A stretch of DNA of 64,000 bases from a virus. The notes under the pieces are model-generated. The model was not told the origin of the DNA and ran no database searches. It saw only the letters and a list, made by a program, of their open reading frames with translations. The position numbers were made by a program, and so were the translations under genes. Position 1 is the stretch's first letter. Every line of letters starts with the position of its first letter. Location of the stretch: IMG/VR virus record IMGVR_UViG_3300009431_000004; one strand, written 5' to 3'. Positions 9,501-19,464 of the stretch are shown here, in pieces.

Positions 9501-12039
9501 GGTCCGTGACGTGCGCGTCCGCGAAGCGAAGGGCCGCGCCGCGCTTTGCTTGTCCGTAGGTCGTGTCCTGCTGGTAGTCGGTGCCGAATCGACCATTCGT
9601 CGCATGGACCGGGAGCTGAACGCTGCGCCGCAGGACCGCGACGTGCGTGCCAGCGGTGATGGCCAGAGAAGCCCCGTCCAGCCCTCCGCCCCAGATGTTG
9701 CGGAGGCGGGTCGTTCCGGCATCGTTCACGGCCCCGTAGTAGCCCCACGTCGTGGCGCGAACCACGGTGTCCTCGTAGACCGCCTCCCCGTTGGGCGTCG
9801 TTCCTTCCAGAATCTCGATGAAGCCGGTCTGCGGAAGCTGGTCCGCGACCTCCCCGGTGAGGACGATTTCGAGAGGGGCAATCGTCGGGTCAGGGACGCT
9901 GACGGATTCGAGGGTCTGGGCTTCCAGCGGAACGTAGCAGCGTTCACCGTAGACATCCTGCCCGTCTGTCTGCGTATCCCCCGTGGCACAGGCCGCTTCC
10001 CCTCCGGTGTAGTTATCGACGCCGGTCGCTCGCGGTGCGGTCCCGAGCTGGCCCTCCTCCCTCGAATAGGGGACGCACGAGCAGAAGATGACCAGTTCAC
10101 CACGGGGGTTGTCGGAGGCCGTGAACACACCCGCGACCGTCGGCCACAGGTCACTGCCTTCCTTGGGGGCTTCCGAGCAACGAATGAGGCCGTTGGCGTA
10201 GTCGATTTCAACCCATTGCTCGGACAGGCTGTAGGTACTGGGGTTCAGGACCACCTCGTTGGAGTCCACCGGGCGGTCGAAGTCCGGGATGATGGCCCCG
10301 GAAATGGGGTGCAGCTTGGCCGGGAACAGGACCATGCGGAACCCGAGGTCGTACAGGTTTCCGGGGTCCGCGTTGCTGTTCGATGCCCCCTCGTCAGAGG
10401 AGCCGGTGTCGAAGATGGCCCGGTCGGGAAGGTTCGGCCCGAGGCCGGGGAGGTCGTTCTTGAGGCTGGCCTTGACCCAGTTGGGGTCGATGAGGACGGT
10501 CAGCCGGGCAGAGTCCACCTTGTCGTAGTCGAAGTGGTCCCCGGTCCAGAGCGACGAGATGGAGTCGTGGACCGTTATCTTGAGGTTGATTCCGTCGCCC
10601 GCCGCGATGCCGATTTGTTCCAGATTGAACGCAAGGGACGGTCCCCAGAAGGCCCGCCCCGACACCGGGTCGTACTCGTCGATGCGCCGGACCACGTAGA
10701 GGTCAATCCCAAAAACCTTGTCAACGACCTCGAACCACCCGAGGAGGGACTCCAACGGAGCCTGCCAGCCCGAAGCCACATCGACGTTCAGTTGGCCGTC
10801 CTGCTTCACATCCACTTGGGTAATGTGGACGATGCTGCCAATCCATCGGCCTGCCGTGCCACCAAGCTCGTCAATCCTGATGCCCATCCGGGCCGGACCC
10901 CAATCCACAACGGCGGGGTCGCCCACTTCGCCACAGAGACGGCCCGTGGTGGTGAACGAGGGCTTCGGAACCGGGAGCTGCGGCATCTGGATGTAGTCGT
11001 CGTCGGCAGCCTTGGTGCCGTCGGCGGGGACGGGGATGCCATCCTCGAAGAAGGGATTGGCCGTCCACTCGTGGTAGGGGTACTGGTTGTCCGCGTTGAG
11101 CGACCGCTCCGGCGGGATGACCACGAAGGTCTTGGACTCCGTGGGGTTGCCCGAGTCCGGCACTGCGAGGCACCGGGTGGCCTTCGGCTCAAGGAACATG
11201 ATTTGCCGACAACAATGCTCTTGTCCGGGGACGAGTGCAGGGAACTCGAAGTAGTCACGGGGTGGTTTGGCGGGGTCGAGCGTGACGGTGTTGCCCGTGA
11301 TGTCGGTGACGCGGAAGATTTCCTGCTTCGAGTGGTCCGTGAGAGGAACGATGTTGACGAATCCACCTGCGCTGGGGTTGACATACCCGTCACCCAACCC
11401 GCCGTCACCAGCGATGGCAGGACCGGCCAGTGCGCCTTCCTCGCCCGTCTGGGTGAACACGACGTACAGTCCGCAGGGGAAGCGAGCCTCCCAGTCGGAA
11501 CCGTCGAACCCGTAGTAATCGGGGAAAACGTAAGGGATGACAGGCAGCGGCGGACCCGGAGGGGAGGCAATGCTGTACGCCTCCGAGGGGCAGATAATCA
11601 TGCGTAGCCCGGTGGCCGGGACGTTATCGAAAAGCACCCATTGGATATTCGTGTGCCAGTTCTTGAGGGTCGGGCCGACGACAGCGAAGGAGATGGGATG
11701 GCCCAGCAGGGAGCCGCCCTTGGAGCCGAAGCGGTTGGTCCCGTGCGCGTAAGGGGCGAAGTTGATTTCCTGCATCCCGAGACGCCCGAGCATGTACGGG
11801 ACCGTCTGGACTGCGTTGGGGCCGAGGGACTGCTGGTCATCCTCGGTGGCGATGGGGAAACCACCCCACTGTCCAGCCCATGAGCCACCGAGGCCCTGCG
11901 TCACGAGGGCCGCCTGAGCCACCTTCCCGGTGGGGACGGTCGTGAGCCGGGACAACTTCTCTTGCCATGGCTCGCGGCCTGATTGCGTCGTGCTGGTCAG
12001 CCGGTTGGCTCCCAACGTCTCGTTCGGGTCTTCAGGCAT
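6568..12039 (-). CDS. Tailspike/receptor-binding protein with C-terminal right-handed beta-helix (1823 aa)
   Basis: After FDNLADAIAY the C-terminal ~800 aa carry many (C/T)xVxGNx beta-helix turns (pectin-lyase-like/NosD-type). GGAG RBS. Confidence 0.8.
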   Translation of the reverse strand: MPEDPNETLGANRLTSTTQSGREPWQEKLSRLTTVPTGKVAQAALVTQGLGGSWAGQWGGFPIATEDDQQSLGPNAVQTVPYMLGRLGMQEINFAPYAHGTNRFGSKGGSLLGHPISFAVVGPTLKNWHTNIQWVLFDNVPATGLRMIICPSEAYSIASPPGPPLPVIPYVFPDYYGFDGSDWEARFPCGLYVVFTQTGEEGALAGPAIAGDGGLGDGYVNPSAGGFVNIVPLTDHSKQEIFRVTDITGNTVTLDPAKPPRDYFEFPALVPGQEHCCRQIMFLEPKATRCLAVPDSGNPTESKTFVVIPPERSLNADNQYPYHEWTANPFFEDGIPVPADGTKAADDDYIQMPQLPVPKPSFTTTGRLCGEVGDPAVVDWGPARMGIRIDELGGTAGRWIGSIVHITQVDVKQDGQLNVDVASGWQAPLESLLGWFEVVDKVFGIDLYVVRRIDEYDPVSGRAFWGPSLAFNLEQIGIAAGDGINLKITVHDSISSLWTGDHFDYDKVDSARLTVLIDPNWVKASLKNDLPGLGPNLPDRAIFDTGSSDEGASNSNADPGNLYDLGFRMVLFPAKLHPISGAIIPDFDRPVDSNEVVLNPSTYSLSEQWVEIDYANGLIRCSEAPKEGSDLWPTVAGVFTASDNPRGELVIFCSCVPYSREEGQLGTAPRATGVDNYTGGEAACATGDTQTDGQDVYGERCYVPLEAQTLESVSVPDPTIAPLEIVLTGEVADQLPQTGFIEILEGTTPNGEAVYEDTVVRATTWGYYGAVNDAGTTRLRNIWGGGLDGASLAITAGTHVAVLRRSVQLPVHATNGRFGTDYQQDTTYGQAKRGAALRFADAHVTDQLDGSVLVTPRNTLGNSQTELLDDLFSSWLLEGGELDLGSAVFGATVDIPYSEYTIIFEGKRITLPAGVVSLPAVDDTYYLYLEENDLPGDCHEWAISPVIPVVTPGTILMYRVDITGVGTAFGTVIDMRYPLEDIDQRVDIYVGMVEGLEPHTPHFDNLADAIAYASEIQTPESGNPGRHVHIKVVGYTDEDDTRVPIQIQSDGIMVTSNPRVNWTTACKVRWGEPDSALIDLNGHDDIVFRGVNFECTVADPGPDRDKATPVRPVFTNTGPTCNRVILDDNRVTGPAQGFFSVDSAVYVTTGSLVDSRITNNHGEALLDFGLYGFPQNPYSMFVRCVISGNRFVQDSTPGGMQAGHPETGGIVWGMAATQPTFNPDNVVSDNSILRFRNGIRVEAQHNVFSGNAIQSTQDLGVNLIDCEDCSVLDNNLLLVHTGVAAIYPEKRGLNFINTTRCRAEGNTITISGGGVGDREIMVVTGDTDQIIANSGNTMMVESLDARVHRNNAPTGLMIATGVSGSAGTECRDNDLGVLQVNETGVLVSGNSCLTTMAIRGSECTVEGNFITTDLTIGVGGTEIDDCRVVDNAVGGNVAVTGGQNILANNTVSGNLTVNVSTLHYNKVLGNSLPVGGGDITVNDSFTTVNGNRAENINILGGGCTASDNHSTSDFSICTSNTIATEACVVSGNYVGGKMTIGDVTLAQGRNGINSVIADNNVVEGLQGYATADLLAVTGNRIRGEWGIGAENGIQLAGDTCTVVGNNVTEEVIVAADTSVTGNRVGKDITANGANCKVSDNEVTVGNITTNNYTTVTGNKVKAGAITAGDFNTITGNEVTGGNITEGDAGTVSGNTLTTGNMTLGNFNTVVGNNILEGDLTTGTGCTVGDNKVRASGGTGGKITVGPNTTVNGNAADDDIDLPGATGCTVMGNRCANITNTGAGTPADPELGPLVTPVIGNRCANIWGGLVPAGGGAAYPGNDN

Positions 12040-12055
12040 CTTTCTCTCCTGCCGT

Positions 12056-12086
12056 CTAATTCAGCAGATTTATAGTCTCTCCACCG
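12056..12086 (-). promoter_or_regulatory. Putative late promoter motif, site B
   Basis: CGGTG-GAGAGA-CTAT-AAATCTGCTGAAT-TAG. Confidence 0.65.
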
Positions 12087-12087
12087 A

Positions 12088-15000
12088 CTACGTGGTCACT
12101 GGCGGGGTCGGCAATGCCGCCTTCTCGCTCTCCCGGATGATTTGGATTCCCGAAATGCCCCGCACATTGTACGGACTGATACCGGGGCCGGTTGTCCCGG
12201 TCCAAGCGGGGTCGATGCGCTCGTGCCAGAAGTCGAAGTTCGTGGACTGCGAGGTAGCCCCGTCCTTCATGATGACCTTCACCAGAATCGGGACCGTTCC
12301 GTCGGCACTGGCTTGAAGGGTCGCCGCAGGTCCGACGTTCGCCCGGACCTGACAGTAGACTTGACCCGTGTGTTGGTCGTAGTAGTCGTAGGTGTACTCG
12401 CCCAACACCCTGCATCCCGCGCCGTCTCGCACCGGGTCTTGCTTGCTCGGGCCGCCGCCATCGTTGCGCCCGAGGTCCATCCACGTCGTCAGCCCCGGCA
12501 CCTTGACCATGATGGCGATGCCGTGAGTTGGATGGCCCGGACCCGGAGCTGCGTAGCCGAACTCGTTGTACTTCAGGCCGTCGATGCGGAAGGTCACGAG
12601 GGCGGACCCCACCACGTCCTCGTCTTCAGTGGCGTTCGAGAAGGCCACGTCGAAGCAGCGGACGTATTCCTTGTCCCCGGTCGTGGTGGAGTAATCCGAT
12701 TGCGTGATGCCCTCACCGGCACCGGGCGCGTACCCGGCGGTGTAGTCCTCCTTGGGGTACATCAGGCGGCCAGCCGAGGGGGCCGCGTAGATAGCCCAGT
12801 CGGAAAGCGGCGGATTCCTGTCGGGCATCCCCGCCACTTGAAGCTCGTCAAAGGTGTCCAGCACATCAACGGTTTCATGACGGTCCAGTTGCACCCACGA
12901 AGCCGTGTCCCATGGGGCAACCACGGTATGCCCGGCCCGCACGGGGACCTCGATGAGGCCCGCAGCCCAAGCCGCCATGCCCGGTCCACGGAGCTGGTCG
13001 CCACCTGCGGCGGCGTTTACCCCGGCGAAGTCCCTCGTGTAGCGGTACACCTCGTCGAGGAATCTCTCCTCTGTGTCCTTGCCCGCCGTCGCCAGCGAAG
13101 CGTAGGCCGGAGACACAGCGCCCGTGGTGAAGTTACCGTAAGGAGCCGTTCCACCACCTGCGGTGGTGAAAGCGGTCGAGTGGAACAGAACCTCGCGTCC
13201 GTCGGTGGCGTCGAGCGCCTGCCCCGCCCCCGCTCCGCCTGCGGCCCAAGTGGGCTGGACCGTCTCCTGCCACGTCGCATGGGCCAGAGGGCGGCGCACG
13301 AAGGCACGGGGCCGTGCATTGATGGTGAAGGCCGGGTAGCCGTCGTCCCCGTCCGGGACGATGGTTTCCCCACCTGCGAGCTGGATGGTCAGGTTGTCCC
13401 CGAACAGCGGCCCGACGACTTCGCTGAAAGCTCCCAGATGCGTGTAGGGGAACTCAATGCGCTGGGGTCGCACACCTCGGGCGTCCGTGAAGCCGGGCGT
13501 CACCGTCATGGTGGGGACTCCGGCCACGTCGTCGTAAGAGAAATGACCGAGGTACAGGAGTGCCGGGTCCGGGCTGCTCACCTGCGCGGGTGGCACGTCC
13601 CCCGTGGACATGGGGTTGTCGTCCGTCCTGTAAACCTCGGTCCATGGGTCTGCTACCCCGCCACCTGTCACAACAGCAGTCAGGGTGTCGATACTGAAGG
13701 CGGGGGCAGCGGTGACAGCATCGTTCGGGATGAAGTAAGTCACGCCGGAGCAGGCCATGAACTCGCCGCCCGTCCCCGCGTCTGCCCACATCCATGTGTG
13801 GGTCGTGAAAACGATGTCGTCCTGATGGTCCTCGTCGGCCACGTAGATGGACGACCTGTTCAGGAAGTACCCGAGAGACTTGTAGCCGTACTGGGGAGCC
13901 ATGTGGGGGTTGACCCCGGTGCCGTCGTCCTCGTTGACGAGGTTCCCGTAGTCCTCGATGGCACCCGCGTTCGGGTAGGCCCCGTACAGTTCGTATCCGT
14001 CGGTCGCGTCCCACGGCATGATGCCGTCACGGACGAACTTCTCGAAGTCCTCTTCCTGCTTGAAGTGGAAGAACCAGTAGGTCCCCTTGGCCCCCTTGGT
14101 GTCCGAGTCCAGCACGTAGAACGAGTGCCGGTACTTGGCCAGTTGCCAGAGCCATGCGTCCTGAAGGAAGGGCATGTTGAAGGGTGCTTCGTCCACCCCT
14201 TCCTGAACTGTCCCTCCTGCGTCTGCCGGACCTTCGACGTTGATGTCCGTCCCCCATGTGTAGCCGCCTGCATTTCGCAGCACCCAGACTCCGGGTTCGA
14301 TTTCTTCCACCATGGAGTCATCGCCGTTATCGAACGGCTCCTCTACGAAGAAGTACCGGGCCGTCTCCTTGGTCGTCAGGGGGTCGATGCCCCTCGGGGT
14401 GAACCGGATGCCGGTCCGCCGGGAGTAAGAGGCCATGACCGGGAGCCGGTACGAGAAGAAGTTGCTCGTTTCGAGGAAGGTCAACCCGATGGCGTAAACG
14501 CCGTCCACCATGCCAGCGTGGATGGTGTAGTCCTCGTAGGCGTTCGGCCCTGCCCCCAGAATCGGGATGCCGTAGGGCAGCTTGGGGGGTTCCCCACAGA
14601 TGGCTTCTGCCACGGTCCCCAGCCGGACTTGGCCCGGTGCCGGGATTTCCGAGTTGGGGTGGCGGGGAGCGCCCACGTTGCCGTCGCCGTCAAAGTCGTT
14701 CCACGGAGGAGGGAGTTGCTCCGGCGCGATAGTGGAGACTCCCGTGAAGATTTCATCGAGGTTGTACTGACCCGTTGCCTGACCGGGATAGGCCATGGGG
14801 TCGTAGTTGCCGTTCTCGTCCGTCCCTACCGCGAAAATACCTCCGGGGTCGCCGTCACAGACGAGGGGAGCGCCGATGGACTCATCCCAGCGAATACAGT
14901 CACCACCCGTGATGCCTTGGCCCAGCAGGATGGCGGCCACCACGCGGTCCAGCAGGTCCTCTGCGAGAAAGTCCGCCACGTCGCCATTGTGAGGCCAGCG

Positions 15001-15816
15001 GATGAGGGCCAGCACACCCCGGTCCGCCGGGAAGATGTTGCCAACCATGCAGGCGGGGAAGTGGTCCGGTCCCGGTCCGACGCTGCCCGGAGGCTGAAGA
15101 GGGAGCGCCGCAGTCGTCCGCCGCACAGCGTCGCCTACATCGGTGAAAGCTCCGGCGTAGGCTTCGCCTTGGCCTCCACCCCGAACCGTGCTGACATTCC
15201 AGACTTCGAGGTCCCTGCTCTCAAGGCTGCCGCCTCGCAAGTCCTCCCCGGCAGCCGGTTCGGTATCCAGAGTGTCGTACTCCGGCTCCTCTTGCCAGAT
15301 GCCGTTGAAGTTGAGAGTCGGGGCAGTCGCCGCGAAGAAGTAGGGGTACACATCGTCCGGGTTGTTCATGGCGGGAGGGTACTCGTAGGGGTCCTCCGAA
15401 ACTCCGGGGACCAAGTTACGCTCTACGAGGTTCGAGTCCCCCAAGTCCAGCATCCCCCAGACTGGGACGGTACTCCACAGCCGGTCAAGCCGCAGGATGC
15501 CGTTCATGGTCGGCTGAGGAGGCATCCCCGAGGTCAGCCCGTCAAGGCTCTGCTCCACGTTCCGGGAGCCGAGCAGGAGGTCCGGGAAAGGAGAGACACT
15601 GATGGCCGAGGCCGGGTGAGCGCCCGACGGGTCGTGGATGTGAGCGTCCAGTCCGGCCAGCCCACCGGCCCCGCCTTCGGGCTTGGGGCCGTCGTACTCG
15701 GGATACCCGATGGTCGGGCTGCCGGGGACTACGCCACCGAGGCTGTAAGGGCTTTCTGCCGGGACCGTCTTACCGGAGCCGGTTCTGATGCTACCGGGGT
15801 CTACCTTACGAGGCAT
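12088..15816 (-). CDS. Large acidic virion structural protein (1242 aa)
   Basis: Long high-GC3 ORF with GGGAG RBS. AHIHDPSGAHPASAI motif seen in phage fibre proteins; DFDGDG Ca-binding-like motif. Confidence 0.7.
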   Translation of the reverse strand: MPRKVDPGSIRTGSGKTVPAESPYSLGGVVPGSPTIGYPEYDGPKPEGGAGGLAGLDAHIHDPSGAHPASAISVSPFPDLLLGSRNVEQSLDGLTSGMPPQPTMNGILRLDRLWSTVPVWGMLDLGDSNLVERNLVPGVSEDPYEYPPAMNNPDDVYPYFFAATAPTLNFNGIWQEEPEYDTLDTEPAAGEDLRGGSLESRDLEVWNVSTVRGGGQGEAYAGAFTDVGDAVRRTTAALPLQPPGSVGPGPDHFPACMVGNIFPADRGVLALIRWPHNGDVADFLAEDLLDRVVAAILLGQGITGGDCIRWDESIGAPLVCDGDPGGIFAVGTDENGNYDPMAYPGQATGQYNLDEIFTGVSTIAPEQLPPPWNDFDGDGNVGAPRHPNSEIPAPGQVRLGTVAEAICGEPPKLPYGIPILGAGPNAYEDYTIHAGMVDGVYAIGLTFLETSNFFSYRLPVMASYSRRTGIRFTPRGIDPLTTKETARYFFVEEPFDNGDDSMVEEIEPGVWVLRNAGGYTWGTDINVEGPADAGGTVQEGVDEAPFNMPFLQDAWLWQLAKYRHSFYVLDSDTKGAKGTYWFFHFKQEEDFEKFVRDGIMPWDATDGYELYGAYPNAGAIEDYGNLVNEDDGTGVNPHMAPQYGYKSLGYFLNRSSIYVADEDHQDDIVFTTHTWMWADAGTGGEFMACSGVTYFIPNDAVTAAPAFSIDTLTAVVTGGGVADPWTEVYRTDDNPMSTGDVPPAQVSSPDPALLYLGHFSYDDVAGVPTMTVTPGFTDARGVRPQRIEFPYTHLGAFSEVVGPLFGDNLTIQLAGGETIVPDGDDGYPAFTINARPRAFVRRPLAHATWQETVQPTWAAGGAGAGQALDATDGREVLFHSTAFTTAGGGTAPYGNFTTGAVSPAYASLATAGKDTEERFLDEVYRYTRDFAGVNAAAGGDQLRGPGMAAWAAGLIEVPVRAGHTVVAPWDTASWVQLDRHETVDVLDTFDELQVAGMPDRNPPLSDWAIYAAPSAGRLMYPKEDYTAGYAPGAGEGITQSDYSTTTGDKEYVRCFDVAFSNATEDEDVVGSALVTFRIDGLKYNEFGYAAPGPGHPTHGIAIMVKVPGLTTWMDLGRNDGGGPSKQDPVRDGAGCRVLGEYTYDYYDQHTGQVYCQVRANVGPAATLQASADGTVPILVKVIMKDGATSQSTNFDFWHERIDPAWTGTTGPGISPYNVRGISGIQIIRESEKAALPTPPVTT

Positions 15817-15827
15817 CTCAGTCTCCC

Positions 15828-18800
15828 TCAGTCACACTGTCTATCACCCACAACACACAGGAGGTTGCGGGTCCGGTACACGGCAGCGGCGGTCCGGTTG
15901 TCCGTGTCGGTGAACCGGACGTTGTTCTCGTCGTCCAGCTCTGCGTGACGGCTCAGAACGATGAGCAGCAGCTCGTTCTTGCGGAACAGCAACCCTCCCG
16001 TGATGCCGGGGAGGTCTTCCACGGCCCTTGCGAGGAACGGGAAGAACACCTTGTGCCTTGTTGACCCGAAGAGAGGCTGGGACATGATGGTCGGGCGGTA
16101 TGCCTCATCGTCCACGAACGGGTAGTAGGCACGGAACTCCGCGTCTTTCCTCGGCTTCTGCTCGTTGGTCGTCCCACCGATTGAAAGAACATCCTGCCCG
16201 TCCGCCTGCACGAATGGGTGCAACGCGAGCAGGCCGGTCTGTGCGTCAAAGTCGTCGATGGTGATGTCGGCGGTGGCACAGTAGAACCACTCCTGCGTGG
16301 TTCCTGCCACTTGGTCCACGATGTTCAGGGGAGAGCCGTCGTTGATGGCAATCTGGTCCAGCGGCCCGGTGTAGGGGTAGCCCATGTCCACGGACCCCAT
16401 ACCTACCTGCCCGGTCCAGAGGTTCGGGCTGCCGTAGAGGGGTTCGACCGGCAGGGTCGTCGGCAGCACACCGTCATCCGTCGTCCCGATGGCCCCTTCC
16501 TTCACGCCCGCCGTCTGCGGGACGTTCGAGCGGAAGTAGATGGAGAGCTGGTAGCCTCCGCCCATCGCCCCGTAGTTGGGGATGGCGTCCTGCGGGAAAT
16601 ACTGGACCCTCGTCAAGCACTGCTGCGCCGAGAGTGTCTGCGCGAGGACGAGCTTGCGTGTGCTGCACCCGTACTCGGTCAAGGTGTCGTCCACCGTGCG
16701 TCCCACTGCCGCTACGAGGTCCGTCACCACTGGGGGAGTGCCTTCGAGGCCATAGAGCCTTCGGGGCGGGAACAGCTCGGTCGTGGCCCGGCTGACGATG
16801 GTTTCATCCACCGGGACTCCGGGCTGCTGGCCTGCGGGGTTGTGGACCTGCGTGTTGTTCGGGACGTACTCCAACGCGACTTCACGGTAGCCTTCCCGGA
16901 ATTCCGGTGCGAGCAAGTCCTCGAAGTCGTTGGGGCGCTGGGCCGGGGCATCCTCGATGACCGGGCCGGGGCCAGCAGGCCCGACTCCCCCGTCGTAGAC
17001 CACAGAATCAGGAACGACCTCGTGGTCCGGGGTGTCCGTCGTGCCGTTGTCCCCGATGGGATAGGTCAGTTCGACCTCGACGAAGATACGGCGGTCGGAC
17101 CCGACATGAGGCCCGGCAGCCCGACCCACCATCTGGTAGTCCGGGTTGGCGGGGTCGCCCCCGTTCACCACCCGGTCGTTGAGGTCCAGCTCCATGTAGA
17201 GGTGCCGCGTGCCGAGTCCCTCGATGAGGAGCGGCTCGACCTGCTGGGGGACCGGGGTGCCGTAGTGGCCGTCGTCATGCCACACGGACAGCACGTCCGA
17301 GATGACCGTCCCCAACGGCGCGAAATGGGAGACGGCTGGGTCGGGAAGACCCACACCCGAGGTGCCTCCTCCGTCCTGACCCTGAAAGACTCCCCCGAGG
17401 GTCGTCGCGTCGAAGTGTTCGAGGTCGATGTGAAGGGCGTCCTCGAAGTACCACGAGTCAGCGGGGGAACCTCCGGCTTTCTCGACGTACTTCCCTGTGT
17501 TGACCGTGCCGGGAGCCACAACCGGGCCGACTTCGCGGTCGCCGGGATAGAAGGAGAACACCACCCGTTCACAGACACCCTGCGAGCCGAAGCGACGGCA
17601 GCAGTGGTCGAAGTTGCGGATGAACTCCCCACGTTCGGTATCCCCGGAGATGGGCGGAGCGCCGTCGGCTCCGCGCCCCACCTCGTTGCACACGAGATAG
17701 CGGGTCGAGACATCCCCGGAGTCGCCTCCCATGACCTGCTTCGAGGCGATGTCCACCTGCCACGTCCGCAGGCTGCCATCGAGGAGGGACTGCATCTGGT
17801 ACTGAAGCTGCCCGGCGAAGTCGTGGCCGGGGAAGGCGATGTGTCGCCGGAGGTCCAGCAGGTTGTTCTGGGTGATGACATCCGCGAACTCGCCGTCAGG
17901 CCGGTCCGACCTCCCCGCCGGGATGGGGCCGAGGGGTCCGTTATAGCCCGTGTGCTGGTAGAGCGGCGCTCCGTTGGTGTTGGCCAGCGGGTCAAAGCCC
18001 TTGAAGCCCAAGGGGGGACTCGAAACATCGTTGTGCCGGAACACGAAGCCCAGCGGGATGGCGTAGACGTAACCGTCCAGCGTCCCGAGGTCTGCCGTGG
18101 ACTGGTCGGAACCATCTCCGGCGACCCAGAGGCCAGTGTCTTCCAGCCCATAGGTCGCGGCAGAGGAGTTGCCCCAAACCGAAGCCTCGTCCGCCGGGAC
18201 GAAAGGATAGAAGCGCCCACCACCGACATTGGCTGCCGAAGCCGGGTTGGACCGGGCGGCCTGTGCGTACACGGTCGGGGTGCTGGGCGGCCCCAGATTC
18301 AGGTTCGAGAACCCGTCGGGATGCTTCTTGTAGTTGACGGCCTCGTCGGTCCCCGTATGCCGGATGCGGTACTGGACCTGCACCCGCTGGGAGGACTCGG
18401 TGTTGACCACCGGGTCCATGAGGGTGTCCGGGAGAGCCGCGATGAGGGGGGAATCGACGTTGCCGTGACGGTAGATGTGAGTCTGGTCCGGCTTGTTGGG
18501 CCGGTCCTCGCCTCCCGTGAAAGTCGCGCCGGATGCGGCCAGAGAGCCAATAACCGCCGTGGCCACTGCGAGCGTAATGAGGTTGCCCGCCACTCCGGGG
18601 GTGACGGCCTCGATAGTCACGATGTCGGTGTTGGCCCGCGCCGCCACAAAGGTATGGAAGGAGTTGGCCGCGTCGTTGAGGGCGTCCGCGATGTTGACCG
18701 CCGTCGCGGACTCGCTGGCCCCGATGGCGAACTCATCCACACCCGGAACGCCGACCACTGCTGTCAGGACGACTCCGTTGATGGTGATGGTATCGCCAGC

Positions 18801-19439
18801 CGCGAGGTCGGCGTTCGACGCCACCTGCACGGCCCCGGTTGCTTTCACGCTTGGGGCGACGAGCGTGACCCAGACTTCGAGGAACAGAAAGTCCGTGCGC
18901 TTGATGGAGGCTTCGGTCCCGTCGTACAACCGGGGTGGGTCGAGGACGACAAGATTCCAGCCCGTCGTCCGGGTGTTGGTGTATTCCACGACCACGGGCC
19001 ATCCGGCCACCATGGCTTCCAGACGAGGGAGCAGAACTGCGTCGATGATGGTGCGGTCCGACAGGATATGGTCGCCACCGCCGATGGAGCCGGGGCCAAG
19101 CGAGCCGATGGAACCGACCGACCCTCCCCCGCCGCTGTCGTCCACCACCTCAACCGGCGCTGATTCCAATGTGTAGTCGCAATACACATCGTACCGGCTC
19201 TGGCCCCGGAGCCACCCAGACGGGGCTTGCCAGCGGCGCAGCAGATAGTTCTGCCACCACGCGGCATCCTGCCCGAGCTGAAGCTCAGAATCGAGGACCG
19301 GCTTGCCCGACTGCCAGACGACATCGGTGTAAGCCCTGTCCCCGGTTTTGAGGTTCCGGGACACAGTGTTCGGAGTGTAGCCGACGCTGGTAGCGTCGCC
19401 CAACTCGTCATAATTCCTGTCGCGGTCCTTTACAGCCAT
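15828..19439 (-). CDS. Baseplate/fibre-attachment protein (1203 aa); paralog of 1..3836
   Basis: VVWQSGKPVLDSELQ, ESSQRVQVQYRIR, DGYVYAIP and RPDGEFADVI...LLDLRR are all matched in the paralog. Confidence 0.75.
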   Translation of the reverse strand: MAVKDRDRNYDELGDATSVGYTPNTVSRNLKTGDRAYTDVVWQSGKPVLDSELQLGQDAAWWQNYLLRRWQAPSGWLRGQSRYDVYCDYTLESAPVEVVDDSGGGGSVGSIGSLGPGSIGGGDHILSDRTIIDAVLLPRLEAMVAGWPVVVEYTNTRTTGWNLVVLDPPRLYDGTEASIKRTDFLFLEVWVTLVAPSVKATGAVQVASNADLAAGDTITINGVVLTAVVGVPGVDEFAIGASESATAVNIADALNDAANSFHTFVAARANTDIVTIEAVTPGVAGNLITLAVATAVIGSLAASGATFTGGEDRPNKPDQTHIYRHGNVDSPLIAALPDTLMDPVVNTESSQRVQVQYRIRHTGTDEAVNYKKHPDGFSNLNLGPPSTPTVYAQAARSNPASAANVGGGRFYPFVPADEASVWGNSSAATYGLEDTGLWVAGDGSDQSTADLGTLDGYVYAIPLGFVFRHNDVSSPPLGFKGFDPLANTNGAPLYQHTGYNGPLGPIPAGRSDRPDGEFADVITQNNLLDLRRHIAFPGHDFAGQLQYQMQSLLDGSLRTWQVDIASKQVMGGDSGDVSTRYLVCNEVGRGADGAPPISGDTERGEFIRNFDHCCRRFGSQGVCERVVFSFYPGDREVGPVVAPGTVNTGKYVEKAGGSPADSWYFEDALHIDLEHFDATTLGGVFQGQDGGGTSGVGLPDPAVSHFAPLGTVISDVLSVWHDDGHYGTPVPQQVEPLLIEGLGTRHLYMELDLNDRVVNGGDPANPDYQMVGRAAGPHVGSDRRIFVEVELTYPIGDNGTTDTPDHEVVPDSVVYDGGVGPAGPGPVIEDAPAQRPNDFEDLLAPEFREGYREVALEYVPNNTQVHNPAGQQPGVPVDETIVSRATTELFPPRRLYGLEGTPPVVTDLVAAVGRTVDDTLTEYGCSTRKLVLAQTLSAQQCLTRVQYFPQDAIPNYGAMGGGYQLSIYFRSNVPQTAGVKEGAIGTTDDGVLPTTLPVEPLYGSPNLWTGQVGMGSVDMGYPYTGPLDQIAINDGSPLNIVDQVAGTTQEWFYCATADITIDDFDAQTGLLALHPFVQADGQDVLSIGGTTNEQKPRKDAEFRAYYPFVDDEAYRPTIMSQPLFGSTRHKVFFPFLARAVEDLPGITGGLLFRKNELLLIVLSRHAELDDENNVRFTDTDNRTAAAVYRTRNLLCVVGDRQCD

Positions 19440-19464
19440 GCGTCGCGTCCTCGTAGCCTTGCCG

